Of a stretch of DNA of 64,000 nt, positions 27,676 to 36,472 are shown one piece after another (the stretch's first letter is position 1; every line of letters starts with the position of its first letter). Origin of the DNA: Chloroflexota bacterium (GTDB taxonomy: Bacteria; Chloroflexota; UBA11872; VXNJ01); NCBI GenBank assembly GCA_026707405.1, contig JAPOWW010000004.1:213181-277180 (forward strand), in the 5' to 3' direction. The position numbers and the translations under genes were made by a program. A model generated the notes under the pieces. It ran no database searches. It was not told where the DNA came from and saw only the letters and a list, made by a program, of their open reading frames with translations.

Positions 27676-28212
27676 GCTAAGGACAGTAGGGAACTTCGAG
27701 TTAACGAGAGGATTCATATTCGGCAGGTCCATCTGATTGACGACAGAAATGTCTCAATGGGAACGGTGCCGACAGACCAGGCTTTGAGAATGGCGCGCGA
27801 ACGGGGGCTCGATCTTGTAGAAGTCTCTCCGACTCAGCGCCCACCCGTAGCAAAGATCCTCGACTACGGGAAATTCAAGTATGAGCAGAATCGGAAGGAC
27901 CGGGAGAACCGAAAGCACCAGAAGGCCGGCGAGGTCAAGGAAGTTCGCTTTCGACCTCTTACAAGCGATCACGACGTGAACTTCAAAGTCCGAACGATGC
28001 AGAAGTTCCTCAAGGCCGGCAACAAGGTCAAGGTCACTGTTCGTATGCGCGGCCGCGAGCGTATACATCCAGAGCTGGCTGCGACCCTTTTGACTAAGGT
28101 TGTCGACAAGCTCAAGCATCTTTCAACCGTAGAGCGTCCTGTTTCGGCGGAACGGTCGGACCAGATAAGCATCATCCTTTCTCCGGTACGCGGCGCTTCG
28201 AGCGGGAAGTAG
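27673..28212 (+). CDS. infC: translation initiation factor IF-3
   Basis: The ORF track starts at ATG 27757 (MGTVPTDQALRMARERGLDLVEV...), but the IF-3 N-domain (KDSRELRVNERIHIRQVHLIDDRN) is encoded in-frame upstream with no canonical start. Frame opens after TAA 27658-27660. ATA at 27673 with a perfect SD is the best start. C-terminal IF-3 domain KEVRFRP...VKVTVRMRGRE is clear. Confidence 0.85.
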   Translation: MAKDSRELRVNERIHIRQVHLIDDRNVSMGTVPTDQALRMARERGLDLVEVSPTQRPPVAKILDYGKFKYEQNRKDRENRKHQKAGEVKEVRFRPLTSDHDVNFKVRTMQKFLKAGNKVKVTVRMRGRERIHPELAATLLTKVVDKLKHLSTVERPVSAERSDQISIILSPVRGASSGK

Positions 28213-28290
28213 ATTTCTCGCGGTGCCGCAATGCCCTGGCGCGTTTTCGCGACCCGCGGAATTGCAGCCTCCCCAATAGGTCCAGGCTAA

Positions 28291-28914
28291 TTGCAGGTCA
28301 ATGTTCGCTGGCACGACGAAGAAGTGCCCCGACCCGGGGGCGGCGGTACTTACGTTCGGCAGGTAGCCTGGATCGTAAGCGAAGATATCGGAGAGGACAG
28401 GGTTCGCTATCTGGCTTACCTGGGCGCGAACCCCCGTGTCACGAAAGACCTGAAACTCGAGTTCGGTGCTCTCTATCCGGAACTTGAGGTCGATTGGGAC
28501 GAGCTTGAAGCGCTGGTCGAAAAGCCCAAAACTCGGGTTCAAGACCTCACGTACGACGAGCTTGCCTTCCGGATGCGATCGATACTCGGCGAACACGAGT
28601 ACGAAATGGACGCCGTTGATACCGAATTCGGCCGCGGATGGCACAGACCGCTAAAGGAGCTGGAAAAGCTGCTCGGCAGCCCATCCGTGATAGCAAGATT
28701 CGAGCGCACTTCCGGATCTGTTTTTCGGTACTTGTGCGAATCGCATCCAGATTATGCGTATGCCGTGCTAAAAGTGAGGCTATTATTAGAGTCGCGAACC
28801 GATGAGCTTAGCGCTCTGGTAAAGGGCGAGGCGAAATTTGGAAAGGGTGGAAAAGCCCGTGAGCGTCGGGACTACTATGTCAAGGCTCTTCAATACCATG
28901 TAGGCGGAGGCTAG
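28291..28914 (+). CDS. hypothetical protein (207 aa), no recognisable domain
   Basis: Coding-like composition. Followed by a clean intrinsic terminator. Start TTG 28291 or GTG 28324. Confidence 0.45.
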   Translation: MQVNVRWHDEEVPRPGGGGTYVRQVAWIVSEDIGEDRVRYLAYLGANPRVTKDLKLEFGALYPELEVDWDELEALVEKPKTRVQDLTYDELAFRMRSILGEHEYEMDAVDTEFGRGWHRPLKELEKLLGSPSVIARFERTSGSVFRYLCESHPDYAYAVLKVRLLLESRTDELSALVKGEAKFGKGGKARERRDYYVKALQYHVGGG

Positions 28915-28939
28915 CCGCTTAGGCGGCTTCCGCCATGAG

Positions 28940-28966
28940 TCCGGTTTCGCAACCGGGCTTTTTTTG
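28940..28966 (+). terminator. rho-independent terminator
   Basis: Hairpin CCGGTT-tcgc-AACCGG followed by the T-run CTTTTTTTG, directly after the stop of the 28291..28914 ORF. Confidence 0.7.
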
Positions 28967-29002
28967 TTTGTTCAAAAGCAACCTGATCGTAAGGAGTTGA
29001 AA

Positions 29003-30796
29003 ATGTGGATGAAGCGCACGGCCACGTGCGGCGAGCTGCGCGCCGACCGCGTCGGAGAGGAAGTGATTCTCAACGGCTGGGTCAACCGGCGGCGCGACCA
29101 CGGCGGCCTTATCTTCATCGACTTGCGGGACCGATACGGCATCACCCAGGTGGTATTCAGCCCTAAACGGTCTCCGGAGGCTCACGCCGCCGGCCAGGAG
29201 CTTCGTGCCGAATACGTTATCGCGGTCAAAGGGGCGGTCGCCGAACGGCCGCCCGGAACCCAAAACTCCGAACTGGCCACAGGTGCGGTGGAGGTGCAAG
29301 CGGCGCGGCTCGAGCTATTGGCCAAATCGGAGACTCCCCCGTTTTACATAAACGAAGAGGTCGACGTGGACGAGACTCTGCGGCTCAAGTACCGCTATCT
29401 CGATCTGCGCCGCGCGCGGCAGCGTGAAAACATCATCCTGAGACACGACCTTGTGACGTTGATTCGCGACTACATGAACGAACGTGACTTTCTGGAGATC
29501 GAGACGCCGATCCTGGTCAAAAGCACTCCCGAAGGCTCGCGCGACTTCATCGTGCCTAGCCGCGTCCACAAAGGCTCCTTCTATGCTTTGCCGCAATCAC
29601 CGCAGCAGATGAAGCAGATCCTGATGATCGCGGGCTTCGACCGGTACTACCAGATCGCCCGCTGCTTTCGGGACGAGGACCCGAGGGCCGACCGTTCGCT
29701 AGAGCACACCCAGCTGGACGTCGAGATGGCCTTCGTCGAAGAATCGGATGTCATGCAGACGATCGAGGGGCTTCAGTACCGCATAGTCGAGGAACTGAGT
29801 GGCAAGAGGATAAAGGAAAAGCCGTTTCCCAAGATCACCTTGCGAGACGCGCTGGCCTACTACGGCAAGGACAACCCCGACCTTCGGTTCGACATGAAGC
29901 TGAAGGACCTGAGCGACGCCGTGCGTGGCGGCGGATTTCGCGTCTTCGATCGGGTCCTCGACCAGGGCGGCGTCGTTAAGGCTTTGCCGCTGCCGGGATG
30001 CGCGCATTACTCTCGCGGCCAGGTCGACGATCTGGCCGAAACGCTCAAGAGGTTCGGGGCGAAGGGCCAGATCTCGGTTTCGCGGGTTGGCACGGAACAC
30101 CGAAGTCCGGTCAAGTCCGCCCTTGGAGACAGACTGTTTGGGGCTGTCATCTCCGAGTTGGAGCTTGGGGACGGCGATCTGGCGTTAATCGTGGCCGACA
30201 AGGCGGAAGTCGCCAACGCCTCGCTTGGCATTTTGCGCGAGATTATGGGCGACCGGCTCGGACTGCGTGATAAGAGCGAAATGGCGTTCGCGTGGGTCGT
30301 CGGGTTCCCGGTCCTGGAACCCGTCGAAGGCGAGGACAAGTTCACCTTTTCGCACAACCCGTTTTGCGGAGTGGTCGACGGAGACGAGAGCTTGCTCGAC
30401 ACAAGCCCACTATCCGCCGGATCGAAACAGTACGACCTGGTTTGCAACGGCTTGGAGCTTGGCGGTGGCAGCGTGCGTATCCACGACGCTCAACTACAAC
30501 GGAAGATCTTCCGGCTGCTGGGGTATACGGACGGGCAGATCGAGGACCAATTCGGCGGGATGCTGCGAGCGTTCGATTTCGGCGCGCCGCCGCACGGCGG
30601 CATCGCTATGGGGATAGATCGCGTCGCCATGCTGTTGCGAGACACCGATAACCTACGCGAGATCGTGGCCTTCCCTAAAACTCAGGAAGGCGTGGACCTG
30701 GCGCAGCGTGCCCCGTCTGCCGTAACCGCCGAACAACTGGACGAGCTTGGTCTGATTCTCGACGAAGAACCCGAACCGATCTCCTACGCGGACTGA
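29003..30796 (+). CDS. aspS: aspartate--tRNA ligase
   Basis: Class IIb aaRS: N-terminal OB anticodon-binding domain, motif 1 (LEIETPIL), motif 2 (FRDEDPRADR), GAD insertion, motif 3 (GGGSVRIHD / GIDRV). ATG 29003 preceded by AAGGAG at 28991-28996. Confidence 0.95.
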   Translation: MWMKRTATCGELRADRVGEEVILNGWVNRRRDHGGLIFIDLRDRYGITQVVFSPKRSPEAHAAGQELRAEYVIAVKGAVAERPPGTQNSELATGAVEVQAARLELLAKSETPPFYINEEVDVDETLRLKYRYLDLRRARQRENIILRHDLVTLIRDYMNERDFLEIETPILVKSTPEGSRDFIVPSRVHKGSFYALPQSPQQMKQILMIAGFDRYYQIARCFRDEDPRADRSLEHTQLDVEMAFVEESDVMQTIEGLQYRIVEELSGKRIKEKPFPKITLRDALAYYGKDNPDLRFDMKLKDLSDAVRGGGFRVFDRVLDQGGVVKALPLPGCAHYSRGQVDDLAETLKRFGAKGQISVSRVGTEHRSPVKSALGDRLFGAVISELELGDGDLALIVADKAEVANASLGILREIMGDRLGLRDKSEMAFAWVVGFPVLEPVEGEDKFTFSHNPFCGVVDGDESLLDTSPLSAGSKQYDLVCNGLELGGGSVRIHDAQLQRKIFRLLGYTDGQIEDQFGGMLRAFDFGAPPHGGIAMGIDRVAMLLRDTDNLREIVAFPKTQEGVDLAQRAPSAVTAEQLDELGLILDEEPEPISYAD

Positions 30797-30828
30797 AATG
30801 GCCCGGCTCCTTGCCGCGGTCTGCCGGT

Positions 30829-30867
30829 CCCTCTGCCCCAGATCGCGGCAGGGCAGGGCTGTTTTTC
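30829..30867 (+). terminator. putative intrinsic terminator downstream of aspS
   Basis: GC-rich stem CTGCCC...GGGCAG followed by the T-run GTTTTT at 30862-30866. Confidence 0.4.
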
Positions 30868-31498
30868 GAAATGAGAAATCCTGTTCACGATACGACCGTG
30901 AGCGGTGATAATAGGGAGACGCTCGACGCCGCTCGGTATGTCACGCGGGTTGCGTTCCAACATTTCTAATCGGGGAGCTTGGCTGGTGGCGGTATCGGCC
31001 GCATAGGCTGTTAACGTCGGCCGCGGGCACCCACCTGGTAGATCCAGGGGACGAATTTCAGTGGCAGCCGGCGGCCGTGGAGCGTCGCCTCGCTATGCTG
31101 AACAGCGTCTGTCTCTCAGCTTCGCGTGGAGACCGTTTCGGAGCGCACCGGGCGCCGGTGCGCTCAACACTTTGATGGGCTCTATGGCTTCGTCCGCGAC
31201 GCGGCGGAAAACCGGACAGATCGGCTCGGCGTATTCATAACCAAACAGTCCTGGTCTGTTGTGGGGACTAACACGTGCCGTTACTTTGTCGTTGCCATTG
31301 GGCTGTCCGGCCCAATACTCAAACAAACGTTCGTAAGACGTAATCGGTGTGATAACGTTCGCAGCGCCGAGTTTCGCGTCGAGAGAAAGCCGGGTAATTC
31401 CTTTCGGCGTTCTCGCGGCGGGCTTCGGAATCAGCTCACCGGCTGCTGACAACCGGCTCGGCAGTCGCTGGCATTGCGCTTCGAGAAGAGATGCCCCA

Positions 31499-32062
31499 TT
31501 GCGAAACGTCAATGACGGTCTTCTGGCGGACCGAATAGCAATCGGCGACGAGCGCGCGCTCGCGGAGTGTTACGACAGGTTCGCGGGGATCATAAACGGT
31601 CTGGCACGCAGTGCGTTGGGCGCCGCCGCAGCCGAAGAGATCGTACAGGAGACCTTCCTGCGGGTCTGGTCGAGAGCCTCGACTTATGTTCCCGAAAAAG
31701 GAAGCCTCAACGCCTGGGTAATGCGTATTGCGAGAAACCTGATTATCGACGAGCTTCGCCGCCGGAAGAGCCGCCCGTCCGCGCGTCTGACGTGGGAATC
31801 GATCGAGGACACCGAAGAACGCATCGCGTCCGAGCCTGACGAGGAAGTGTGGCAGACCGAGCTCCGGGCGGCGGTCAGAGCGGCTTGCGACGAGCTGACG
31901 AGCGACCAGAAGGCGGTCATCGCGCTTGCCTACTTTGGCGGATTGACACAGTCCCAAGTCGCCAGGGAGCTTGGCATACCCCTCGGAACGGTCAAAACGA
32001 GGACCAGAGCCGCGCTCTTCAAGCTCCGGGACATTATGGCCGGGGGGGACCTTTGGACGTAG
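31499..32062 (+). CDS. ECF (sigma-70 family) RNA polymerase sigma factor
   Basis: Region 2 (ERALAECYDRFAG...ETFLRVW) and region 4 HTH (LTSDQKAVIALAYFGGLTQSQVARELGIPLGTVKTR). The ORF-track start at 31349 is probably too long; TTG 31499 gives a typical ECF N-terminus. Confidence 0.8.
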   Translation: MRNVNDGLLADRIAIGDERALAECYDRFAGIINGLARSALGAAAAEEIVQETFLRVWSRASTYVPEKGSLNAWVMRIARNLIIDELRRRKSRPSARLTWESIEDTEERIASEPDEEVWQTELRAAVRAACDELTSDQKAVIALAYFGGLTQSQVARELGIPLGTVKTRTRAALFKLRDIMAGGDLWT

Positions 32063-32066
32063 TCGC

Positions 32067-32819
32067 GTGAACGACGAAAGGCTTCAAGAACTGCTCGCCG
32101 CCGCTGCGCTGGGTACACTCGACGAATCCGAGCGCGCCGCGCTCGACAAGGCGCTGGTCGAAGATCCGTCTCTCCACGATGAGCTTGATGGGCTCTATGA
32201 GACCGCAGCCTTGCTCGCCTGGGGCGCTGAACCGGTTCGCCCCCGTCTTGAGATTCGCCAAGCCGTATTGCGCCGGGCGCGGGACGCCCGCGTCGAAGAG
32301 CCGCGGCCGGCCACTGGCTGGAGAAACTCCCTCTCGCTGATATTTGCGGGACTGTCCGCCGTGGCCGTCGCCGCGGCTGTGGTTATAGCGGTACTGCTGG
32401 GCGGCCGCCTTGCCGAAATGGAAGGCGCGGCAGTCGCGGGGCGCGAGCGCGCCTCGAAGCAGGTGGCGGCTCTACAAACGCTGGTGGAAGATGGAGGCGC
32501 CGGCATCACGCTCAGCGGAACCGAGAACGCGCCTGATGCGACCGCGTTCCTCTTGATGACAAGCGACAAGAACGTCGCCGTGCTCATTTGCAGCGGTCTT
32601 AAGAAACTGTCACCGGATCGCGCCTACCAGCTATGGCTCGCCAATCCCGACGGAAAGATGAGCGGCGGCATGTTAAATGCCGACTCAGACGGATTTGCCA
32701 TGATGGTCGTGGAAAGTCCCATGCCGTTTTCCATGTTCCAGTCGTTTGGAGTTACCGTGGAGCCAGCCGAGGGGAGTCCAGGGCCTACAGGCGACATGGT
32801 GCTGGGCAGCGACGCGTAG
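32067..32819 (+). CDS. anti-sigma factor, RskA-like (N-terminal anti-sigma domain, TM helix, C-terminal RskA domain)
   Basis: GTG 32067 lies 4 nt after the sigma stop. N-terminus VNDERLQELLAAAALGTLDESERAAL. TM LSLIFAGLSAVAVAAAVVIAVLL. C-terminus YQLWLANPDGKMSGGMLN...GVTVEPAEGSPGPTGDMVL matches the anti-sigma-K/RskA C-domain. Confidence 0.7.
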   Translation: MNDERLQELLAAAALGTLDESERAALDKALVEDPSLHDELDGLYETAALLAWGAEPVRPRLEIRQAVLRRARDARVEEPRPATGWRNSLSLIFAGLSAVAVAAAVVIAVLLGGRLAEMEGAAVAGRERASKQVAALQTLVEDGGAGITLSGTENAPDATAFLLMTSDKNVAVLICSGLKKLSPDRAYQLWLANPDGKMSGGMLNADSDGFAMMVVESPMPFSMFQSFGVTVEPAEGSPGPTGDMVLGSDA

Positions 32820-32872
32820 CCGCTGTCTCAACGTCAAAGAAACGCAAGCTTCGTAGCTCGGCAAGCCCGAAT

Positions 32873-34690
32873 TCAGGTTGAAGACTGCGGTACGAGGTCT
32901 TCATCGAGATCGGCTTCGTCCACCGAGAACCCCAGTCTGTACAGACGCTCGTAGTAGCCGCCCGCGTTGACCAGTTCGTCATGAGTACCTTGCTCCACTA
33001 TCCTGCCGTGGTCCATGACGATTATCCGATCGGCGTTTCTGACGGTAGAGAGCCGGTGAGCTATCACTATCGACGTTCGCCCGCGCATGAGGCGCTCCAG
33101 CGCCTTCTGAATGACTGCCTCGGTCTGCGTGTCAACGTTGCTTGTGGCTTCGTCGAGGACCAATATCTTCGGATCGTTCAGTACCGCCCTGGCGAACGAG
33201 ACGAGCTGCCGCTGGCCCACTGACAGCCGCGCCCCGCGTTCATGCACGACCGTGTCGTAGCCGAAGTCCATGTCCATCACCTGCTCGTGCAGGTTGACCA
33301 CCTTGGCGGCGGATATGACTTCCTCGTCCGAAGCGTCGGGTCTGCCAAACGTGAGGTTGTCGCGGATGCTGCCGGAAAATAAGAACGGGTCCTGAAGCAC
33401 CAGGCCGATCTGCGCTCTCAGCGATGCTTGCTCGACGCTTCGTATGTCGATTTCGTCTATCTCGATACTGCCGCCTGTCACGTCGTAGAAGCGGTGCAGG
33501 AGGTTCACGATAGTCGTCTTACCGGATCCCGTGGCTCCGACCAGAGCGATCGTTTCTCCCTGCCTGGCCCGAAACGAGACGTTCCGAAGGACCGGCTGGC
33601 CTTTCACGTATTCGAAGCCCACGTCAACGAACTGGACCCGGCCTTCGATCGCCGACATGGCCGGAGCGTCGGCCTGATCTTTTACCTTCGGTTCCTCGTC
33701 CAGAAGGCCGAATATCCGCTCGCCCGACGCCATAGCCGACTGCAAGAGGTCGAATCTCATGCCAAGCTCCTGGACCGGCTGGAACAACCGCTCGATGTAG
33801 AGAAGGAATGCCGTTACCGTTCCAAGCTCCAGCATGGAGTCCCCGAGCACGAGACGGCCGCCGACCCAGAGCACGAGACCCACGGCGATGGCCGTTAGCA
33901 AGTCGACGCCCGGAATCACGGTGACTCCGACCAGACGCGACCGCCTGTGGGCCTTGAGCTCCCGCTCCGACACTCCGAAAAACAGGGCGTTGTTCTCGGA
34001 CTCGCGGGTAAATGCCTGCGTGATTTTGACGCCCAGGATGCTCTCGGCCAGATTCGCGTTGGTCTCCGAGACGAGCTGCCGTACTTTGCGATAGGACCTC
34101 AGCGCCTGAACTTCGAAGATCGCCGCGCCTACGAGCAATAGCGGTAACACCACGAGCGTCGCCAACGCGAGCTGCCAGCTCAACGCGAACATCACGGCCA
34201 CGATTCCGACGATCATGATCAGGTCGGTGACGGTTCCGACAACCCCCTCCGTCAGGACTTCGTTGAGGGAGTTCACATCGCTGGTAAAGCGCGATATCAG
34301 CGAGCCGGTGTTCCGCGTGTCAAAGAAAGCAAGCGACAACGACTGCATCCGCTTGAAGAGCCGCGTTCGGATGTCGTAAAGCACTTTCTGGCCTACCTGA
34401 GCCAGAAGCCAGGTCTGCAACCCGATGGCCACCGATCCGCCGGCTGTGGTCGCCAGGTAGATAACGCTCAGCGCCGACAGCAGAGTAATGTTCTCGCCGG
34501 CGATTCCCTCATCGATAGCCAGCTTGACGAGTACCGGCTGCACGAGATTCATGGCGGTTATGCCGAGGGCCAGGAATCCGGCGCCGAGAGCCCTCCGGCG
34601 ATAAGGGGTCAGGAACGAGAGCAGTCGAAGCGCTATTCCGCTATTGAACCCCGCGCGTTCAACGTCGTCTTCGGTGCGGTAGTAGATCAT
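32873..34690 (-). CDS. ABC transporter ATP-binding protein/permease (type I exporter half-transporter)
   Basis: Six-TM exporter domain plus NBD with Walker A GATGSGKTT, signature LSVGQRQL, Walker B ILVLDEATS. 605 aa. Confidence 0.9.
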   Translation of the reverse strand: MIYYRTEDDVERAGFNSGIALRLLSFLTPYRRRALGAGFLALGITAMNLVQPVLVKLAIDEGIAGENITLLSALSVIYLATTAGGSVAIGLQTWLLAQVGQKVLYDIRTRLFKRMQSLSLAFFDTRNTGSLISRFTSDVNSLNEVLTEGVVGTVTDLIMIVGIVAVMFALSWQLALATLVVLPLLLVGAAIFEVQALRSYRKVRQLVSETNANLAESILGVKITQAFTRESENNALFFGVSERELKAHRRSRLVGVTVIPGVDLLTAIAVGLVLWVGGRLVLGDSMLELGTVTAFLLYIERLFQPVQELGMRFDLLQSAMASGERIFGLLDEEPKVKDQADAPAMSAIEGRVQFVDVGFEYVKGQPVLRNVSFRARQGETIALVGATGSGKTTIVNLLHRFYDVTGGSIEIDEIDIRSVEQASLRAQIGLVLQDPFLFSGSIRDNLTFGRPDASDEEVISAAKVVNLHEQVMDMDFGYDTVVHERGARLSVGQRQLVSFARAVLNDPKILVLDEATSNVDTQTEAVIQKALERLMRGRTSIVIAHRLSTVRNADRIIVMDHGRIVEQGTHDELVNAGGYYERLYRLGFSVDEADLDEDLVPQSST

Positions 34691-36456
34691 CCGGGATTGC
34701 CACCGGAGGCCGGACGCCCGTCGATTTCGAGCGCTTCGGCGGGCGACTGGAGCAGGTTGATTCGATGGTAGAGACCCCTGGCGGCGAGCAGCGCCTCGTG
34801 TGTTCCACGCTCTACGATCTTGCCGGCGTCCATGACGACGATCTCGTCGCAGTTCATAACGGTCGATACCCGCTGGCCGATCAGAATAGTCGTCCGGCCG
34901 CTAAACGCTTCTTGCAACTCTTCCCGGATGAGACGTTCGGTGGCCGTGTCCAGGCTCGCGGTGGAATCGTCCATGATCAGGACTCCAGCGTTCATCAGCA
35001 GCGCGCGCGAGATCGTCACGCGCTGGCGCTGTCCGCCGGACAGACCGACCCCGCGCTCGCCTACGATAGTGTCGTACCTATCCGGCAGGGCGTCGATGAA
35101 CCGTCCGGCCTGCGCTTGTTCGGCGGCCGCGACAATCGCGTCCAGCCGGGCGCTCGGTCTGGCGAACGCAATGTTCTTAGCCATTGTGTTCGAAAACAGG
35201 TAGGCGTCCTGAGGCACCATGGCGATCCGGCTTCGCAGCCAGTGGAGGTCGAGATCGCGTACGTCCGTTCCATCGAAGGTGAGATGCCCCGAGGAAACGT
35301 CGTAGAAGCGCATGATGAGGTTTATGAGCGTCGTCTTGCCGGAACCTGTCGGGCCGATAATGCCCAAGGTTTGCCCTGGCTCGATGACCAGATTGATGTC
35401 TCGAAGCTGAGGAGCGCCTCGACCGTAGGCGAAGGTGACGTGGTCGAATTCGACGCGACCTCGAACTGCGCGGGGCGCAAGCGCGCCTGCCTTGCTGGCG
35501 ATTTCGGGTTTGGTGTCCAAGACTTCGAACAGACGTTCCGCCGATGCGATGGCCAGTTGGAGCCGCTGGACGATGAACCCGATTCGCCGGGACGGCGGAG
35601 CCAGTCGAACGAAGTAGTAGTAGAACGCTATCAACGCCCCCACCGAGACCACGTCGGTGATAACGAGATAGCCGCCCAGCCAAATGACGGCCACCGTCCC
35701 CAGACTCGACAGGAAGAGCATCAGCGGAAAGAAGACCGACCAGTTCCGCATGGCGGCCAGCATGTTGTCGTTGAGCTGCCGGACCGACCCCGAATAGCGC
35801 TCGATCTGCCGAGGTTCCTGCGCGAATGCCTTCACGACTCGCACGCCGGTCAGGTTCTCGGTCAGGACCGCTGTCATCTCACCCCTTTGGGCCTGCACTC
35901 TGCGCCAAAGCTGACGAATGACCTTTCCGAATTTCAACGCGGTCCCAACCATCACCGGCAGCGTGACCATGGCGAGGACCGCCAACTGCCAGTTGGTGAG
36001 GACCATGGCGATGAAGACGACCACGAACGTTCCGGTGACGGTGATGATTTGAAAGAGACCCATGCCGACGGCCATGCGCGCCGACTCGATGTCGCTGACT
36101 GCGCGTGAGATCAGGTCGCCGGAGTTCGCTCTGTCGTAATACGAATAGGAGAGTGTCTGTAGATGGCTGAAATACTCGTTTCGCATGTCGCGCGAGACCT
36201 TGTGCGCCATGTACTGAATCAGGAAGTCGTGCACCGCCGTAAGTACTCCGCGGGCGATCAGCAGTCCCGCTGCCGTGGCGGCAAAAGCCAGTATGAGCGT
36301 TGTGTTCTGGTCGGCGATTCCTCGGTCGATCGCCAGGCGTATGGCCTGAGGTCCGGCCACGTCGGCGGCGATGGCGCCCACCCAGGCGAGCAGTCCCCCG
36401 GCGATGTATAACTTGTGCGGCCGCTGATAGCTGAGAAGCCGAAGAAGCGTCTTCAG
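34687..36456 (-). CDS. ABC transporter ATP-binding protein/permease (type I exporter, partner of the downstream gene)
   Basis: NBD with GPTGSGKTT, LSGGQRQRV, LIMDDSTASLD. The ORF track begins at GTG 36381 inside TM1. The in-frame sequence upstream (..HLKTLLRLLSYQRPHKLYIAGGLLAW) is a typical exporter N-terminus with no canonical start. 5' end uncertain; see findings. Confidence 0.85.
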   Translation of the reverse strand: MKTLLRLLSYQRPHKLYIAGGLLAWVGAIAADVAGPQAIRLAIDRGIADQNTTLILAFAATAAGLLIARGVLTAVHDFLIQYMAHKVSRDMRNEYFSHLQTLSYSYYDRANSGDLISRAVSDIESARMAVGMGLFQIITVTGTFVVVFIAMVLTNWQLAVLAMVTLPVMVGTALKFGKVIRQLWRRVQAQRGEMTAVLTENLTGVRVVKAFAQEPRQIERYSGSVRQLNDNMLAAMRNWSVFFPLMLFLSSLGTVAVIWLGGYLVITDVVSVGALIAFYYYFVRLAPPSRRIGFIVQRLQLAIASAERLFEVLDTKPEIASKAGALAPRAVRGRVEFDHVTFAYGRGAPQLRDINLVIEPGQTLGIIGPTGSGKTTLINLIMRFYDVSSGHLTFDGTDVRDLDLHWLRSRIAMVPQDAYLFSNTMAKNIAFARPSARLDAIVAAAEQAQAGRFIDALPDRYDTIVGERGVGLSGGQRQRVTISRALLMNAGVLIMDDSTASLDTATERLIREELQEAFSGRTTILIGQRVSTVMNCDEIVVMDAGKIVERGTHEALLAARGLYHRINLLQSPAEALEIDGRPASGGNPG

Positions 36457-36472
36457 GTGTGCACCATTTGTT

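Noticed and set aside
31093-31512. 139-aa minus-strand ORF in the aspS-sigma intergenic region
   Set aside because: Its only start codon would overlap the 5' end of the divergently oriented sigma-factor gene. No recognisable motif. It competes with an equally weak plus-strand ORF. Kept only as part of an unexplained region.
34765-36108. 447-aa plus-strand ORF, plus similar long ORFs at 36512..37546 (+), 36600..37544 (-), 43511..44902 (+), 42626..43432 (+), 48668..49657 (+), 13285..14232 (+), 59630..60514 (-), 20077..20787 (-), 22011..22877 (-), 1011..1784 (-)
   Set aside because: All lie antisense to, or in alternative frames of, well-supported genes (ABC exporter, AI-2E, Gfo/Idh/MocA, isomerase, glyQS, yebC, GH lipoprotein, aminotransferase, nadC, TPP enzyme). 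They have Arg/Pro/Gly-rich low-complexity translations typical of high-GC antisense frames.
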